From assembly GCA_963794325.1 (NCBI GenBank), contig CAWCDG010000010.1, forward strand, positions 1 through 64,000: 64,000 nt of DNA, given 5' to 3'. Each line of letters opens with the position of its first letter. Positions within the stretch are counted from its first letter, which is position 1. Shown here piece after piece: positions 20,137 to 29,759 of this stretch. A program made the position numbers and the translations under genes. Under the pieces are notes generated by a model that was not told the DNA's origin, did not search any database, and saw nothing but the letters and a program-made list of their open reading frames with translations. The stretch comes from an uncultured delta proteobacterium. GTDB taxonomy: Bacteria; Desulfobacterota; Binatia; Binatales; Binataceae.

Positions 20137-21128
20137 TCACGCGGAGAAAATTTCTGACAGCCTCGGGCGCCGCGATTGCGCTCGCTAGCATCCCGAGATT
20201 CGGTCGCGCGGCGGCGACTACGTCGAAGTTCGGCGGGCCGACCCCCAACGCCAGCTTTTATGTGACTTCGTATTCGAGCACGCCCTCGGTGGACGTTAAT
20301 TCATGGCGCTTCGCTATCAAGGGATTAGTCGAGAATCCGCAGCAGTTCTCGTACGCGGATATTCGCAAGCTTCCGAAAATTGACGAGACGCTGACGCTGG
20401 AATGCATCTCGAATCCGCCTGACGGCACTGCGATCGGCAACGCGAAATGGACCGGCGTGCAACTACGGCCGCTCCTGGAGCGTGCGCGCGTCAAGCGGGG
20501 CGCGAGGTTCGTCGCGATGCGCGGGGCGGACGGTTATCACACCGTGTTGCCGGTGGACGAATTGATGCGCGAGGAAAATTTTCTGCCGTACCTGATGAAC
20601 GGCGCGCCGCTTCCGCCGGAGCATGGCTACCCGCTCAGAATTTTCATCCCGGGAAAATACGGGATGAAGCAGCCGAAATGGATCACCGAACTCGAATTCG
20701 CGGACCACGAAATCGCCGGCTACTGGGAGGTTCGCGGATGGAGCGATACGTGCTGGCGCAAGGTCAACTCGGGATTTTTTTCGCCCCGCGTCGAAGGCGG
20801 GCTGATGTCGATTTTCGATCGCAAAGCGAAGGTCACGGCGCCGCTGGATATGTACGGATGGGCGCTGGCGGGACCGTCGGGAATCAAGCGCGTCGATATA
20901 TCGGCCGACGATGGCCTCACGTGGCATGAAGCTCAACTGGTCGAGAACAGTTCGCCGTATGTGTGGACGGTTTGGAAATATCGATTCGCGCCGAAGGCCG
21001 CGGGCGATTTCATGATGCGCGTGCGGGCGACCGACGGCGGCGGCATCGCGCAGCCGCCGGCCGATCCGCAGACCGGCAGTGGGATGAGCGGCCAGTCGCG
21101 AATCGCGCTCGAAGTCAGCCGGGTATAA
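20133..21128 (+). CDS. Tat-exported sulfite-oxidase-family molybdoenzyme
   Basis: TRRKFL Tat motif; TLECISN Mo-Cys; HGYPLR..PGKYGMKQPKW; C-terminal dimerisation domain. Confidence 0.88.
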   Translation: MITRRKFLTASGAAIALASIPRFGRAAATTSKFGGPTPNASFYVTSYSSTPSVDVNSWRFAIKGLVENPQQFSYADIRKLPKIDETLTLECISNPPDGTAIGNAKWTGVQLRPLLERARVKRGARFVAMRGADGYHTVLPVDELMREENFLPYLMNGAPLPPEHGYPLRIFIPGKYGMKQPKWITELEFADHEIAGYWEVRGWSDTCWRKVNSGFFSPRVEGGLMSIFDRKAKVTAPLDMYGWALAGPSGIKRVDISADDGLTWHEAQLVENSSPYVWTVWKYRFAPKAAGDFMMRVRATDGGGIAQPPADPQTGSGMSGQSRIALEVSRV

Positions 21129-21149
21129 ATTCCTGTCTATCAATCCGGT

Positions 21150-21183
21150 CCCCTTCCCGCTCGGGAAGGGGTTAGGGGTTAGG
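21150..21183 (+). repeat. Palindromic repeat, family B
   Basis: CCCCTTCCCGCTCGGGAAGGGGTTAGGGGTTAGG; identical to the copies at 32034 and 53699 (reverse). Confidence 0.9.
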
Positions 21184-21218
21184 TTCCCAGCCGCGAGCAG
21201 AACCTCACGAAAATCTGT

Positions 21219-22611
21219 TTAGTGCAGTAGCGTCGCCGTATGCAGCGCGCGGGCGGTGGACATTGTGCCCGTTGCGCTGAAGCTGCCGCTCGCGGGGTTG
21301 AAGAGTTCGGCGCTGGCTAACGATTTGCCGTGCGCAGCCGGATCGATCGGCGCCGATTCCGCCGGCGATCAGCACGCGATGCGGTTTCGGGCCGGTCGCC
21401 AGCAGCGTTGCCGTGTGCGCTGCGCGCGCGACACTCATCGACTGGTTGCATCGCAGCGTGTCGGTGTTGAATCCGCCCACACAGGTGAAATCGCCGGTGC
21501 TCGGATCGAACGTCTCAGCCGAGTTGCTGATCAATCCTGAAGCGCCGGACAGCATGCCGCCGGTGACGGCCACCGTGCCGCTGAAACCGCCGGCCAGCAG
21601 CACGTTGCCGTCGTCGAGCAGGGTCGCGGTCTGCATCGAGCGCGGCTCGTTCATGAAGCTCGAAAGCAGCGTGAATTGTTGCGAGGCGGGATCGTAAAGC
21701 TCGGCGCTGCTGTCCTTGAAGAAAAAACTCGAGCCTCCGACGCCACCCGCAATCAACACTTTTCCCGCGGCCGGGCCGCTGGTGAACAGCGTCGCGGTAT
21801 GCGCCGCGCGCTGATGGTCCATCGGAAAGGTCGCGGGTGAAAACGAGTTCGACGCTGGATCATAAATGTCGGCCGAATTGGTCGTCTCGCCGGAAAGACT
21901 GGTGGCGCCTCCCGCGATTAGTACTTTGCCATTGAGCAGAAGCGTCGCGGTCTGAAACATCCGCCGGTCGCTCATCGGGTTGGCGACCGCGACGAACTTG
22001 TGCGCGACGGGATCGTACAGCTCCGCCGTGTCGAGGATGTCGCCGCGATCGTCGAGGCCGCCGGCGATCAGCACCTTGCCGGTGTTCAGCTCGGTCGCGG
22101 TGGAACCCATTCGCGCCGCGCCCATCGAGCCCGCCGGCGAGAACGCGCCGGTGGTCTCGTCGAACGATTCGGCGCTCCTTAATATTTTACCGTTGAGGTT
22201 GAGCGAGAAATTTTTGATGGTTGCCGTACCGCTGAAGCCGCCCGCGTACAGCACCTGCGTCGGCGAAAGCGGCGCCGCCCAGATGGCCGCGCGACTCGAT
22301 TCCATAGTTCCAGTCAGGAAAAATTTGCCCGACGGCGGATCGAAAAATTCTGCCGCCGCGATGCTGTGATTCGATGCGTCGGCGCCGCCTGCAATCAACA
22401 CGTCTCCGGCGGCGGCAATTGCCGGTGCGTGAGTTTGCGCTGCGAACCGATGCCCTCTTGAAGCGGCCGAATCGTCCGACGCAGACGACGATTCGACACC
22501 GTCGGGGTTGATGCATCCGCTGGCCGCGAGCAGGCAGACCAATCCGATGGCGCTCAGTGCTGCGAGCGCAGTCCTCACCCATCGCGGGTTGGTGTGCAGA
22601 TGCTCTTGCAA
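21219..22611 (-). CDS. Kelch/galactose-oxidase-type beta-propeller lipoprotein; +1 frameshift near 21348
   Basis: Repeated R..HTATLL..GKVLIAGG..SAELYDP; the last blade (SLASAELFNP..ARALHTATLLH*) continues in another frame to a stop at 21219. Confidence 0.8.
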
Positions 22612-22760
22612 AGTCCTCGGCTCTTCGAACTTGGCAGCTGTCAGTTAAACGGTTGCCGCATCCAAGCGCATCACTTTTAATTATAGCGCTTCACTTAGAC
22701 GAGACAGGAGTGTAAAAGTTTCAATCCCGATTGACCCGAAAGAGAAGCTCGGCCTCTCTT

Positions 22761-22795
22761 CCCCTCTCCCGTCGGGAGAGGATTTAAGGAGAGGG
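22761..22795 (+). repeat. CCCTCTCCC..GGGAGAGG palindromic repeat (family D)
   Basis: Hairpin plus GAGGG tail, related to the copy at 41576. Confidence 0.6.
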
Positions 22796-23061
22796 ACCTT
22801 GTCCAGCGCGCATTTTTCGCGCGCGATTCAAGATTCCGCTCCTGTCCTGATTCTGTCCACCGAGGTTATGCAAAGGTTTCTCGTTTCGCCTGTGCGGGAT
22901 CGCACCGAAGCCTGACCGTCATCGGGGAACAGCGGTGGGCGACAGTACTCGCCGAAATCAGGTCTGAGTGTCTGAATTTGAAATACGATTGGCTTGTTTA
23001 GCCGGACTTAGGCCGAACCAGCGCGTCCACGGGCGCTGAATCCAAATATCCCATCGTTTCC

Positions 23062-23238
23062 CTAAGGACTCTCGCCGATATACTTAACAAACCACGCATG
23101 GAAATCCGTATCTCCATCGCGAAGCTTTGCGCGGCAGGTTGCGCACAACGGAATGACCACGATGCGATTGCGAGGGTTGTCTGTCACCGGTTCCTGCCGA
23201 ACATCCTGATTGCTGCCGTCGCGCGTACACTTGGCCAT
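23062..23238 (-). CDS. Small hypothetical protein (58 aa, CxxC)
   Basis: ATG 1 nt after the upstream stop with AAGGA RBS; MAKCTRDG..LCATCRAK. Confidence 0.45.
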   Translation of the reverse strand: MAKCTRDGSNQDVRQEPVTDNPRNRIVVIPLCATCRAKLRDGDTDFHAWFVKYIGESP

Positions 23239-23239
23239 G

Positions 23240-23572
23240 TCATTTTTCCTTGAGACGGGGATCATCGCTCGACACGCAAATCGCATAGCCGAACGAGATC
23301 AACGTATTCTGTATCTAGTCGCAAGAGCTCTGGTAGGTCATCGATGGCTGGCTGGTGGTCCTGGCGGTATTTCTCTCGTAGCGAGTTGCTCCAGCATCTT
23401 TTCCAACTGATCGCAAGAATTTACCGGTATCAAAGGCCCCGTATTGGGTCCATCTGCTCAGAGGTGCACCCGTTTCGACGGCAACGAGATTTCGGTCGTG
23501 CTTCGCGCCATGGAGCGGCGGCAGCATCAGATACAACCCATGAGCGAGAGCGACGGCGTGATGGAGATTCAT
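23240..23572 (-). pseudogene. Disrupted small secreted protein ending CVSSDDPRLKEK
   Basis: MNLHHAVALAHGLYLMLPP..APLSRW..AFDT; in-frame TAG at 23315-23317, then IQNTLISFGYAICVSSDDPRLKEK*. Confidence 0.6.
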
Positions 23573-23841
23573 GGGGCCATTGAGTCAACCGCCCCATGTC
23601 GCGGAGATCGTCGCGATCACGAGATCAGGGACAGTCGCCTGCCTCCTCCATTTCCTTGAGGCGCTGATGTCGCCACGTGAACTGACAGATGCTAGCGTGC
23701 GGATGGCCTGAGAAACTTCTGCGCTTCTTTCTGCGACACGTAACTGTTGGCCGTCGGCCATACTATTTGGTTTGGCTCACTCTCAGGCTCGATTATTTTT
23801 CCGCACGCACTGGCATCGTGTAACTGCCTTCTGTCATCTCC

Positions 23842-24078
23842 TCATCGTTGCCTTGAGGCGAGGATCATCAGTACGTTCCGCCGCAAAGCCTCCGAACGTC
23901 TATCTTCGCAATCGCTCTTCGACGCGTAAAGGTCCCCTCCGCACCCATTGTGATAGTCGGCAAAGAAAGATTTCGTAGGCGTCTAGCACGCGCTCTTGAG
24001 TCTCTTATCAACAGTATGCGGCGTGACGCAAAACACAGCCCACGAGTGTGAGCGCGGCAGCGTGGCGATACGGTTCAT
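23842..24078 (-). pseudogene. Second, multiply frameshifted paralog of the DDPRLK family
   Basis: Collinear fragments in shifting frames: MN..RHAAALTLVG, RLSQWVRRG, YASKSDCE, TDDPRLK. Confidence 0.55.
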
Positions 24079-24210
24079 GACACTGAGTTATCAAACCTCT
24101 GCGCACCCGACAAATGGCGGACGGATTCCGCCCCGCGATGAATCTGTAGTAAACGCACATGCGCAAGGCTGTGACGTGGCGCTTCTCGTAGTATTCGGAC
24201 AGATTTTAGA

Positions 24211-26670
24211 TCAATGGGAAAATATTCCTTTGAGGAATTTCCCGACTGCGCCGAAGACGTCTTGCGTCGTAGGACTCGCTTGCGCGACTGGTGATGGTGG
24301 CGTGAATCCATTCGGCGGCGGCGGCGTCATGCCGAAAACTGGCGGCGCGGGCGCGCTCGCGAGAATTCCGCCGTGTAGCGGACACATCTGGGTCGGCGCC
24401 GTTCCAATCAGAAACGGCAGCGGGAATTGCTTGGGGCATGACGGCGTCGCGAGCCCGCCGCTTTCAGGATCGATAGTCGCCATCGTGATTCCCGACGGCT
24501 CGGGGAAGTCCTCAGGGTCCGCCGGCGCCGCATCCTGCATGAACTGAACCCACGGCGGCAGCGCCGCTTGCGCGCCCGTCAGGCCGAGACTCTCGGGCTC
24601 GTCGAAGCCGACCCATACCCCGCAAACAATCGCCGGCGTGTAGCCGATAAAGTACGCGTCCTTGTAGTCCTGGGTCGTGCCGGTCTTGCCCGCCGCCGGA
24701 AAATCCAGCCCGAGACGGCCCGCGCTCGCGCCGGTTCCATAGCGCAGAACGGCTTTCAGAGCGCCCGTGATCAAATAGGCGACGGCAGGACGGATGATTC
24801 GATTGCTCTGGTCTTCGTGCTGGTAAATTTGATGGCCTTTCGCATCGACCACCGCCTCGACCGCGTACGGCGGCGACTGATCGCCCTCGGACGCAAAAAC
24901 CTGGTACGCGGAAGTGAGCTCGAGCAGCGTGGTCTCGTCGGCTCCGATTGAAATCGGCAGGTACGCCTGAAGGTCTTCGTTGATTCCCAGCTGGTGCGCG
25001 GTTTTCACAATCGTCGCGGGGCCGAGCTCGTTGCCGACGTAGGCGGTCGGCACGTTGAGCGATTCGTAGAGCGCTTGCACGACAGTCACTTGCGGCTGAT
25101 AGGTGCGCTCGTAGTTCGCGGGCGTCCATCCGTTGAACGTCATCGGCTCGTCGGGCAGCATCGACGCGAGCGTGAGCGGCGGCGAGAATGGCGCGCGATC
25201 GGGATCCAGCGCGGCAAGGTAAACGATCGGCTTGAACGCTGAGCCGGGCTGGCGCTGCGCATTTGCCGCGCGATTGAACTGGCTCTCGGAATAGTCGCGC
25301 CCGCCAATCATCGCGCGAATCGCGCCGGTCTCGGCGTCGAGCGCGACCATCGAGCTTTGCAGCCTGCCGTCAGCCTTGGCGCGACGCAGGCGCTTATGGG
25401 CCTTCTCGAGCTTCGCAATATTGTCGGTCACCGCATCGACCGCGTCGCTTTGCAGTTCGGTGTCGAGCGTCGTGTAAACCTTGAGTCCTTCAAGATGGCC
25501 GTCGAAGCCGGGAATCTTGTTTACAAACGCGGTCACGTAGTCGGTGAAATATGGTGCGCGCCGGAGTCCCGGCGGCTTGGTGATCTGAATCGGCGTCGCG
25601 ACCGCGGCGGCGAAGGTGGCGTCGTCGATCACGCCTGCACGCTTCATCACGCCAAGTACGGTATCGCGCCGCTTGCGGCACGAGTCGGGATGACGCCGCG
25701 GATCATACAGCGTCGGCGCCTGGATCATCCCGATCAGCGTCGCCGCTTCGGCCGGCGTCACCTCTGACAAGTCCTTGTTGAAAAAATATCGCGCCGCCTG
25801 CGGCATCCCGTCGATCGGCGTGCCTTCGTATTCGCCCATCGGCACGTCGTTGATATAGCGCTCGAGGATTTCATCCTTGTGCAGTCGAATTTCGAGCACC
25901 GCGGCGACCGCCAGCTCTTTGAACTTGCGGCTCAGCGTGCGCTCGTGACGTTCCATGAACGTGCGCGCGAGTTGCTGGGTGAGAGTGCTGGCGCCTTGTG
26001 CCAGGCGATGTGATCGAAAGTCGGAAATCGCGGCCTCGACGATTCGAATCGGATCGATTCCCGGCTCGTAATAGAAAAAACGATCCTCGTTGGCGAGCAA
26101 GCCCTTGACCAGGTACGGCTGGAGCTGGCCGAGTTGCACTTCGACGCGCTCGGCCGGCGCGCCCGGGAAAAGGCGTCCAATCACTTCAGGCTCGAGCATC
26201 GCGTCGGGCTTGGCGACCCCGAACGAATCGGCAACTCCCGCGATTCGAGTGCCTTGCACGCTGACCCGCACCAACTCGGACGGATACGACTTCGCGCCGA
26301 CCTTGAACGACCGCAGGTAAATCGCGATCGCATTTTTCGCCTGGGTATATTCTCCGGGAGTGGTGGCCGACGGCACCTGCGAATAGCTCAACTGCGCCAG
26401 CCGGTCGAGCAAGCCGCTGCGCTCGAGATCGTCGCCGGCCCGAATCGGGAACGGCGCTGAGAAAATCGCGGAGGTCAGCGCGGCGCGGCGCTGCTCGATA
26501 AGCGCGGAGATCTCGCCGTACAGTTGTGCGAGGTAAAATCCGACCGCGAAGAACACCAGCAGGCATCCGCCGGCCGCGAGATTCCGCACTCGCCACCCGC
26601 GAATTCGCCACTCCGGCGATTTCTTTTTCGCAGGATTCGGTTTCGCTTGCTGCCGCCCGCCGCCGCTCAT
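24211..26670 (-). CDS. Class A penicillin-binding protein (PBP1B-like)
   Basis: TM anchor; TG motifs EDRFF and GASTLTQQ; TP motifs SAFK, SLN, KTG. Confidence 0.92.
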   Translation of the reverse strand: MSGGGRQQAKPNPAKKKSPEWRIRGWRVRNLAAGGCLLVFFAVGFYLAQLYGEISALIEQRRAALTSAIFSAPFPIRAGDDLERSGLLDRLAQLSYSQVPSATTPGEYTQAKNAIAIYLRSFKVGAKSYPSELVRVSVQGTRIAGVADSFGVAKPDAMLEPEVIGRLFPGAPAERVEVQLGQLQPYLVKGLLANEDRFFYYEPGIDPIRIVEAAISDFRSHRLAQGASTLTQQLARTFMERHERTLSRKFKELAVAAVLEIRLHKDEILERYINDVPMGEYEGTPIDGMPQAARYFFNKDLSEVTPAEAATLIGMIQAPTLYDPRRHPDSCRKRRDTVLGVMKRAGVIDDATFAAAVATPIQITKPPGLRRAPYFTDYVTAFVNKIPGFDGHLEGLKVYTTLDTELQSDAVDAVTDNIAKLEKAHKRLRRAKADGRLQSSMVALDAETGAIRAMIGGRDYSESQFNRAANAQRQPGSAFKPIVYLAALDPDRAPFSPPLTLASMLPDEPMTFNGWTPANYERTYQPQVTVVQALYESLNVPTAYVGNELGPATIVKTAHQLGINEDLQAYLPISIGADETTLLELTSAYQVFASEGDQSPPYAVEAVVDAKGHQIYQHEDQSNRIIRPAVAYLITGALKAVLRYGTGASAGRLGLDFPAAGKTGTTQDYKDAYFIGYTPAIVCGVWVGFDEPESLGLTGAQAALPPWVQFMQDAAPADPEDFPEPSGITMATIDPESGGLATPSCPKQFPLPFLIGTAPTQMCPLHGGILASAPAPPVFGMTPPPPNGFTPPSPVAQASPTTQDVFGAVGKFLKGIFSH

Positions 26671-26742
26671 CGGAGTTACTGCCTCATCTATAAGGTTAGC
26701 GGCGTCTGGAAACCTGATCCATCGGCGGCTCTTGATCCACGG

Positions 26743-27225
26743 CTATTGCTTGTAACCGAATTTCCGCAGCATCGCATGTCGTTCCGCCTGATCGCCGGCG
26801 CTCTCGACTCCTTTTGGCGAACTGCCGTCGATCACGCCAACCACGCCGCGTCCTCCAGCTTCCTCTGCGACGATCACCCGCAGCGGATTCGCCGTCGCGC
26901 AGAAGATCGTGCACACTTCGCTCACCGACTTGATCTGATTCAGCACGTTGACCGGAAATGCGTTGCCGAGAATCACGACGAACACGTGCCCCGCCCCGAT
27001 TGCCGAGGCCGCTTCGACTGCTGAATTCTCGAGCGCGATGTCCGTGCCAGTATGTCGAATCAGACATGGTCCGGACGCCTCGCAGAATGCCAGCCCGAAT
27101 TTGATGTTCGGCACCGCCTGCACCAGAGCCTCGTAAACATCTTCGACCGTCTTGATGAAATGCGCCTGGCCGACGATCACGTTGGCCTCGGCGGGTTTTG
27201 CTATTTCGACAATACTCAGTTGCAT
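26743..27225 (-). CDS. Adenosine-specific kinase family (DUF355)
   Basis: NVIVGQAHFIKTVED..FGLAFCEASGPCL..CATANP. Confidence 0.88.
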   Translation of the reverse strand: MQLSIVEIAKPAEANVIVGQAHFIKTVEDVYEALVQAVPNIKFGLAFCEASGPCLIRHTGTDIALENSAVEAASAIGAGHVFVVILGNAFPVNVLNQIKSVSEVCTIFCATANPLRVIVAEEAGGRGVVGVIDGSSPKGVESAGDQAERHAMLRKFGYKQ

Positions 27226-27306
27226 AGTGCTTGCCCCTAATGGCTATTGCGCGGATGATATTCCCGTTGATGAGGCGCCGGAAGTGAGTAGTCCGGCGAT
27301 GGAGGC

Positions 27307-27858
27307 GTGGTGGGTACCGGACTGACGCTTCGCACGGATTCCGAGACGCGACTGCCGGCGTATTTCTATCGGCTGTCGTCGCGCGCACAGCGAACTTACC
27401 TGAAGAGCGACACTGTCGATCGTTTCAACTACATCCCGAGCGTTGCCGCGCGCAACTCGCTCGACGCACTGATGCGCGTGCTCGAGAGCGGCAACCTGGC
27501 GGCATGCACCACCTGCGCGCGCGCTCTGACCGCGGAAATTTGCCGAGGCCTCGCGACTCCGCCGGTCAACGTCGAGATTCGCGGCGTGCGTCCTCGCAAC
27601 ACGCGCGGCGAGCTGCACGGCCTGTTCTATCCTTACGATGCGCGCAGCCGGCGGCAGCCATACATCGTGCTCTGGATGCGCACGGCGCAGCGTCACGACG
27701 TCGTCAAGCCGAAGACCTTCGTGCGAACCTTGATGCATGAAATCGGACACTACCTTGATTACGCTCACTTGAGGCTCGAGGATTCATACCACACGCGCGG
27801 ATTCTTCCAGCGTGAATCGTCGCTGGTGCGCGCGCTGTTCAATCCCGGCCTCTCTTGA
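27307..27858 (+). CDS. Hypothetical zincin-like protein (HExxH)
   Basis: TLMHEIGHYLD..SYHT; start uncertain. Confidence 0.7.
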   Translation: MVGTGLTLRTDSETRLPAYFYRLSSRAQRTYLKSDTVDRFNYIPSVAARNSLDALMRVLESGNLAACTTCARALTAEICRGLATPPVNVEIRGVRPRNTRGELHGLFYPYDARSRRQPYIVLWMRTAQRHDVVKPKTFVRTLMHEIGHYLDYAHLRLEDSYHTRGFFQRESSLVRALFNPGLS

Positions 27859-27939
27859 CAGCACTGCCTTCGATCCCAATAGCTATTGTCGCGATGCGCC
27901 ACACATCTGCATGACAACAACGGGCGTCGGGTGGGAGAG

Positions 27940-28407
27940 ATGGCCACTGGTATGGGATTTTTCCAGAAATTGTTTTCGCCGGCTTCGGCCCGTGCGGAAC
28001 TGCTCGAAGAACTGGCTGCGATCGCCGGCCACAACCATGGTCTCGTCGATCGCCTGAAGCGGCACGCCGCGCTCAGCGGCGCGAGCATCAAGCCGGGGGT
28101 CGAGGCGCTCGCCGAAAAAGAAGCCGCGCACGTCAAGCTGCTCAACTCGATTCTCGCCGATCACAGCGTGTGGGCGAAGCTGCCCGAGCCCGCGCTCCAC
28201 GACGGCTCGAACAACTGGGCGCGCCTCAGCGGCGACCTGGCAGTGCTTGCCGCGCTCGCGTCCGATCTGCGGCTCAACGCGATGAAGTGGGAATCGGTGG
28301 ACGAGGAAATCGTCGCGAAACTGCGTCAGCTTGCGGCTGAGGACGACAATCACGAAAGCGAACTGCGCAAGCTTGCGATGATGTGCGACGCGATGGCGCT
28401 GGACTAG
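27940..28407 (+). CDS. Hypothetical all-helical, possibly ferritin-like protein
   Basis: ExxH and DxxH motifs (EAAH, DDNH); RBS GGGAGA. Confidence 0.6.
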   Translation: MATGMGFFQKLFSPASARAELLEELAAIAGHNHGLVDRLKRHAALSGASIKPGVEALAEKEAAHVKLLNSILADHSVWAKLPEPALHDGSNNWARLSGDLAVLAALASDLRLNAMKWESVDEEIVAKLRQLAAEDDNHESELRKLAMMCDAMALD

Positions 28408-28422
28408 CTGAAGGCGATTATC

Positions 28423-28678
28423 ATGCGGGGCTGCGCGCCCCGCACCCGCGGCAGGGGTGACCCCTGCACCCAGTATCCATTCAAGATGCGGGGCTTCGCC
28501 CCTGTTAGAACTATTCAAGAGAAGAAGCGTCCAGGTTTATCCGCGATTGCGGACACGAGCACGCTTCGCGTCCTCGCGCCCAAACTTCCTAACAGGGACG
28601 AAGTCCCGCATCTTTCGTTTCCGATTACTGGGTGCAGGGGTCACCCCTGCCGCGGGTGCGGGGTGCGCAGCCCCGCAT
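28423..28678. repeat. Nested inverted-repeat element (53-bp outer and 26-bp inner arms)
   Basis: 28423-28475 versus 28626-28678 with 1 mismatch; inner AAGATGCGGGGCTTCGCCCCTGTTAG versus CTAACAGGGACGAAGTCCCGCATCTT. Confidence 0.9.
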
Positions 28679-28687
28679 TAGGTTCTT

Positions 28688-29755
28688 TTACAGGTACCGC
28701 TCCAGCCCCCGCCGCTTGAGTTCTTCAGTAACGCGGCCGACATGCGGCGAGCGATCGCGATGCGCAATCAGGATCGCGTCCCCGGTATCCACGACAATCA
28801 GATCGCGCACGCCGAACAGCACCATCAGGCGCGAATCCGAATGCGCCAGCACGCGCTCAGAGTCGAGCGAAATCGCTTTGCCGCGAATCACGTTACCACT
28901 AGCGTCGCCGACCGCGTCCCACAGCCCGTCCCACGATCCCACGTCATGCCAGGAAAATCGCGCGCGCACGGTGAGCACGTCGGTGCTTTTCTCCATGATC
29001 ACGCGATCGAACGAATCGTACTTGAGCCTGCCATATGCGCGCGCGAGCTTTGCCCGCGGTGTTCGCGCGAGCTTTTCAGCAGCAATACCAAGCGACGGCG
29101 AATGCGTCGCGAACTCGCGCGCCAGAGTCTGCGTCGATGCGACAAACATCGAAGCGTTCCACAAATAGCGTCCGCTGCGCACCATCTTGCGCGCGATTGC
29201 GAACACAGGCTTCTCGACGAACTTCTCGATTCGAAATCCGGCGCCGACCTTCGCACCGATTTTCTGATAGCCGTAACCGGTTTCGGGCCGCGTCGGCGGA
29301 ATACCGATCGCGACGATCGAATTGTTCGCCGCGGCGAGGCCGATCGCATCGGCGAGCGTGCGCCGATACTGTTCGCCGGTCACGATGTAGTGATCTGCGG
29401 CGACTGACGCGATTACTCCGTCGCCGAGCCGGCGCTTGATAACGGCGGCGCCGTACGCAATTGCAACCGCGGTGCCGCGCGCCAACGGCTCGACTATCAG
29501 ATTCTGCGGAGGGATAAGTCCGCGAAGAGCCCGCCGGAACGCCACCTGATGCGACGCCGCGGCGAGCACGAAGATTCGCGCGCGCGGGATGAGCGGGATG
29601 TGACGCGCGATCGTGTCGGCGAGCAGGCTGGTCTTGCCGTCAATCGAAAACAGCGGCTTGGGATTGGCTTCGCGGCTCGCCGGCCAGAATCGAGTGCCGC
29701 GGCCGCCCGCGACTATCAGCACCGAAGCGTGCGGCGGCGCGGAACGTCGAGCCAT
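28688..29755 (-). CDS. manC: Mannose-1-phosphate guanylyltransferase
   Basis: AGGRGTRFWP..PK, EPLARGTA, PETGYGY, FVEKP, WHDVGSW. Confidence 0.88.
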   Translation of the reverse strand: MARRSAPPHASVLIVAGGRGTRFWPASREANPKPLFSIDGKTSLLADTIARHIPLIPRARIFVLAAASHQVAFRRALRGLIPPQNLIVEPLARGTAVAIAYGAAVIKRRLGDGVIASVAADHYIVTGEQYRRTLADAIGLAAANNSIVAIGIPPTRPETGYGYQKIGAKVGAGFRIEKFVEKPVFAIARKMVRSGRYLWNASMFVASTQTLAREFATHSPSLGIAAEKLARTPRAKLARAYGRLKYDSFDRVIMEKSTDVLTVRARFSWHDVGSWDGLWDAVGDASGNVIRGKAISLDSERVLAHSDSRLMVLFGVRDLIVVDTGDAILIAHRDRSPHVGRVTEELKRRGLERYL

Positions 29756-29759
29756 CAGG

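Noticed and set aside
22866-22882. TTATGCAAAGGTTTCTC resembling an IS5-family terminal repeat
   Set aside because: No partner end or transposase found; at most a solo remnant at the island edge
23315-23317. In-frame TAG suggesting pyrrolysine or readthrough
   Set aside because: The middle of the gene looks frame-shifted (Cys-containing helix in another frame) and no pyl genes are seen; indels explain it better
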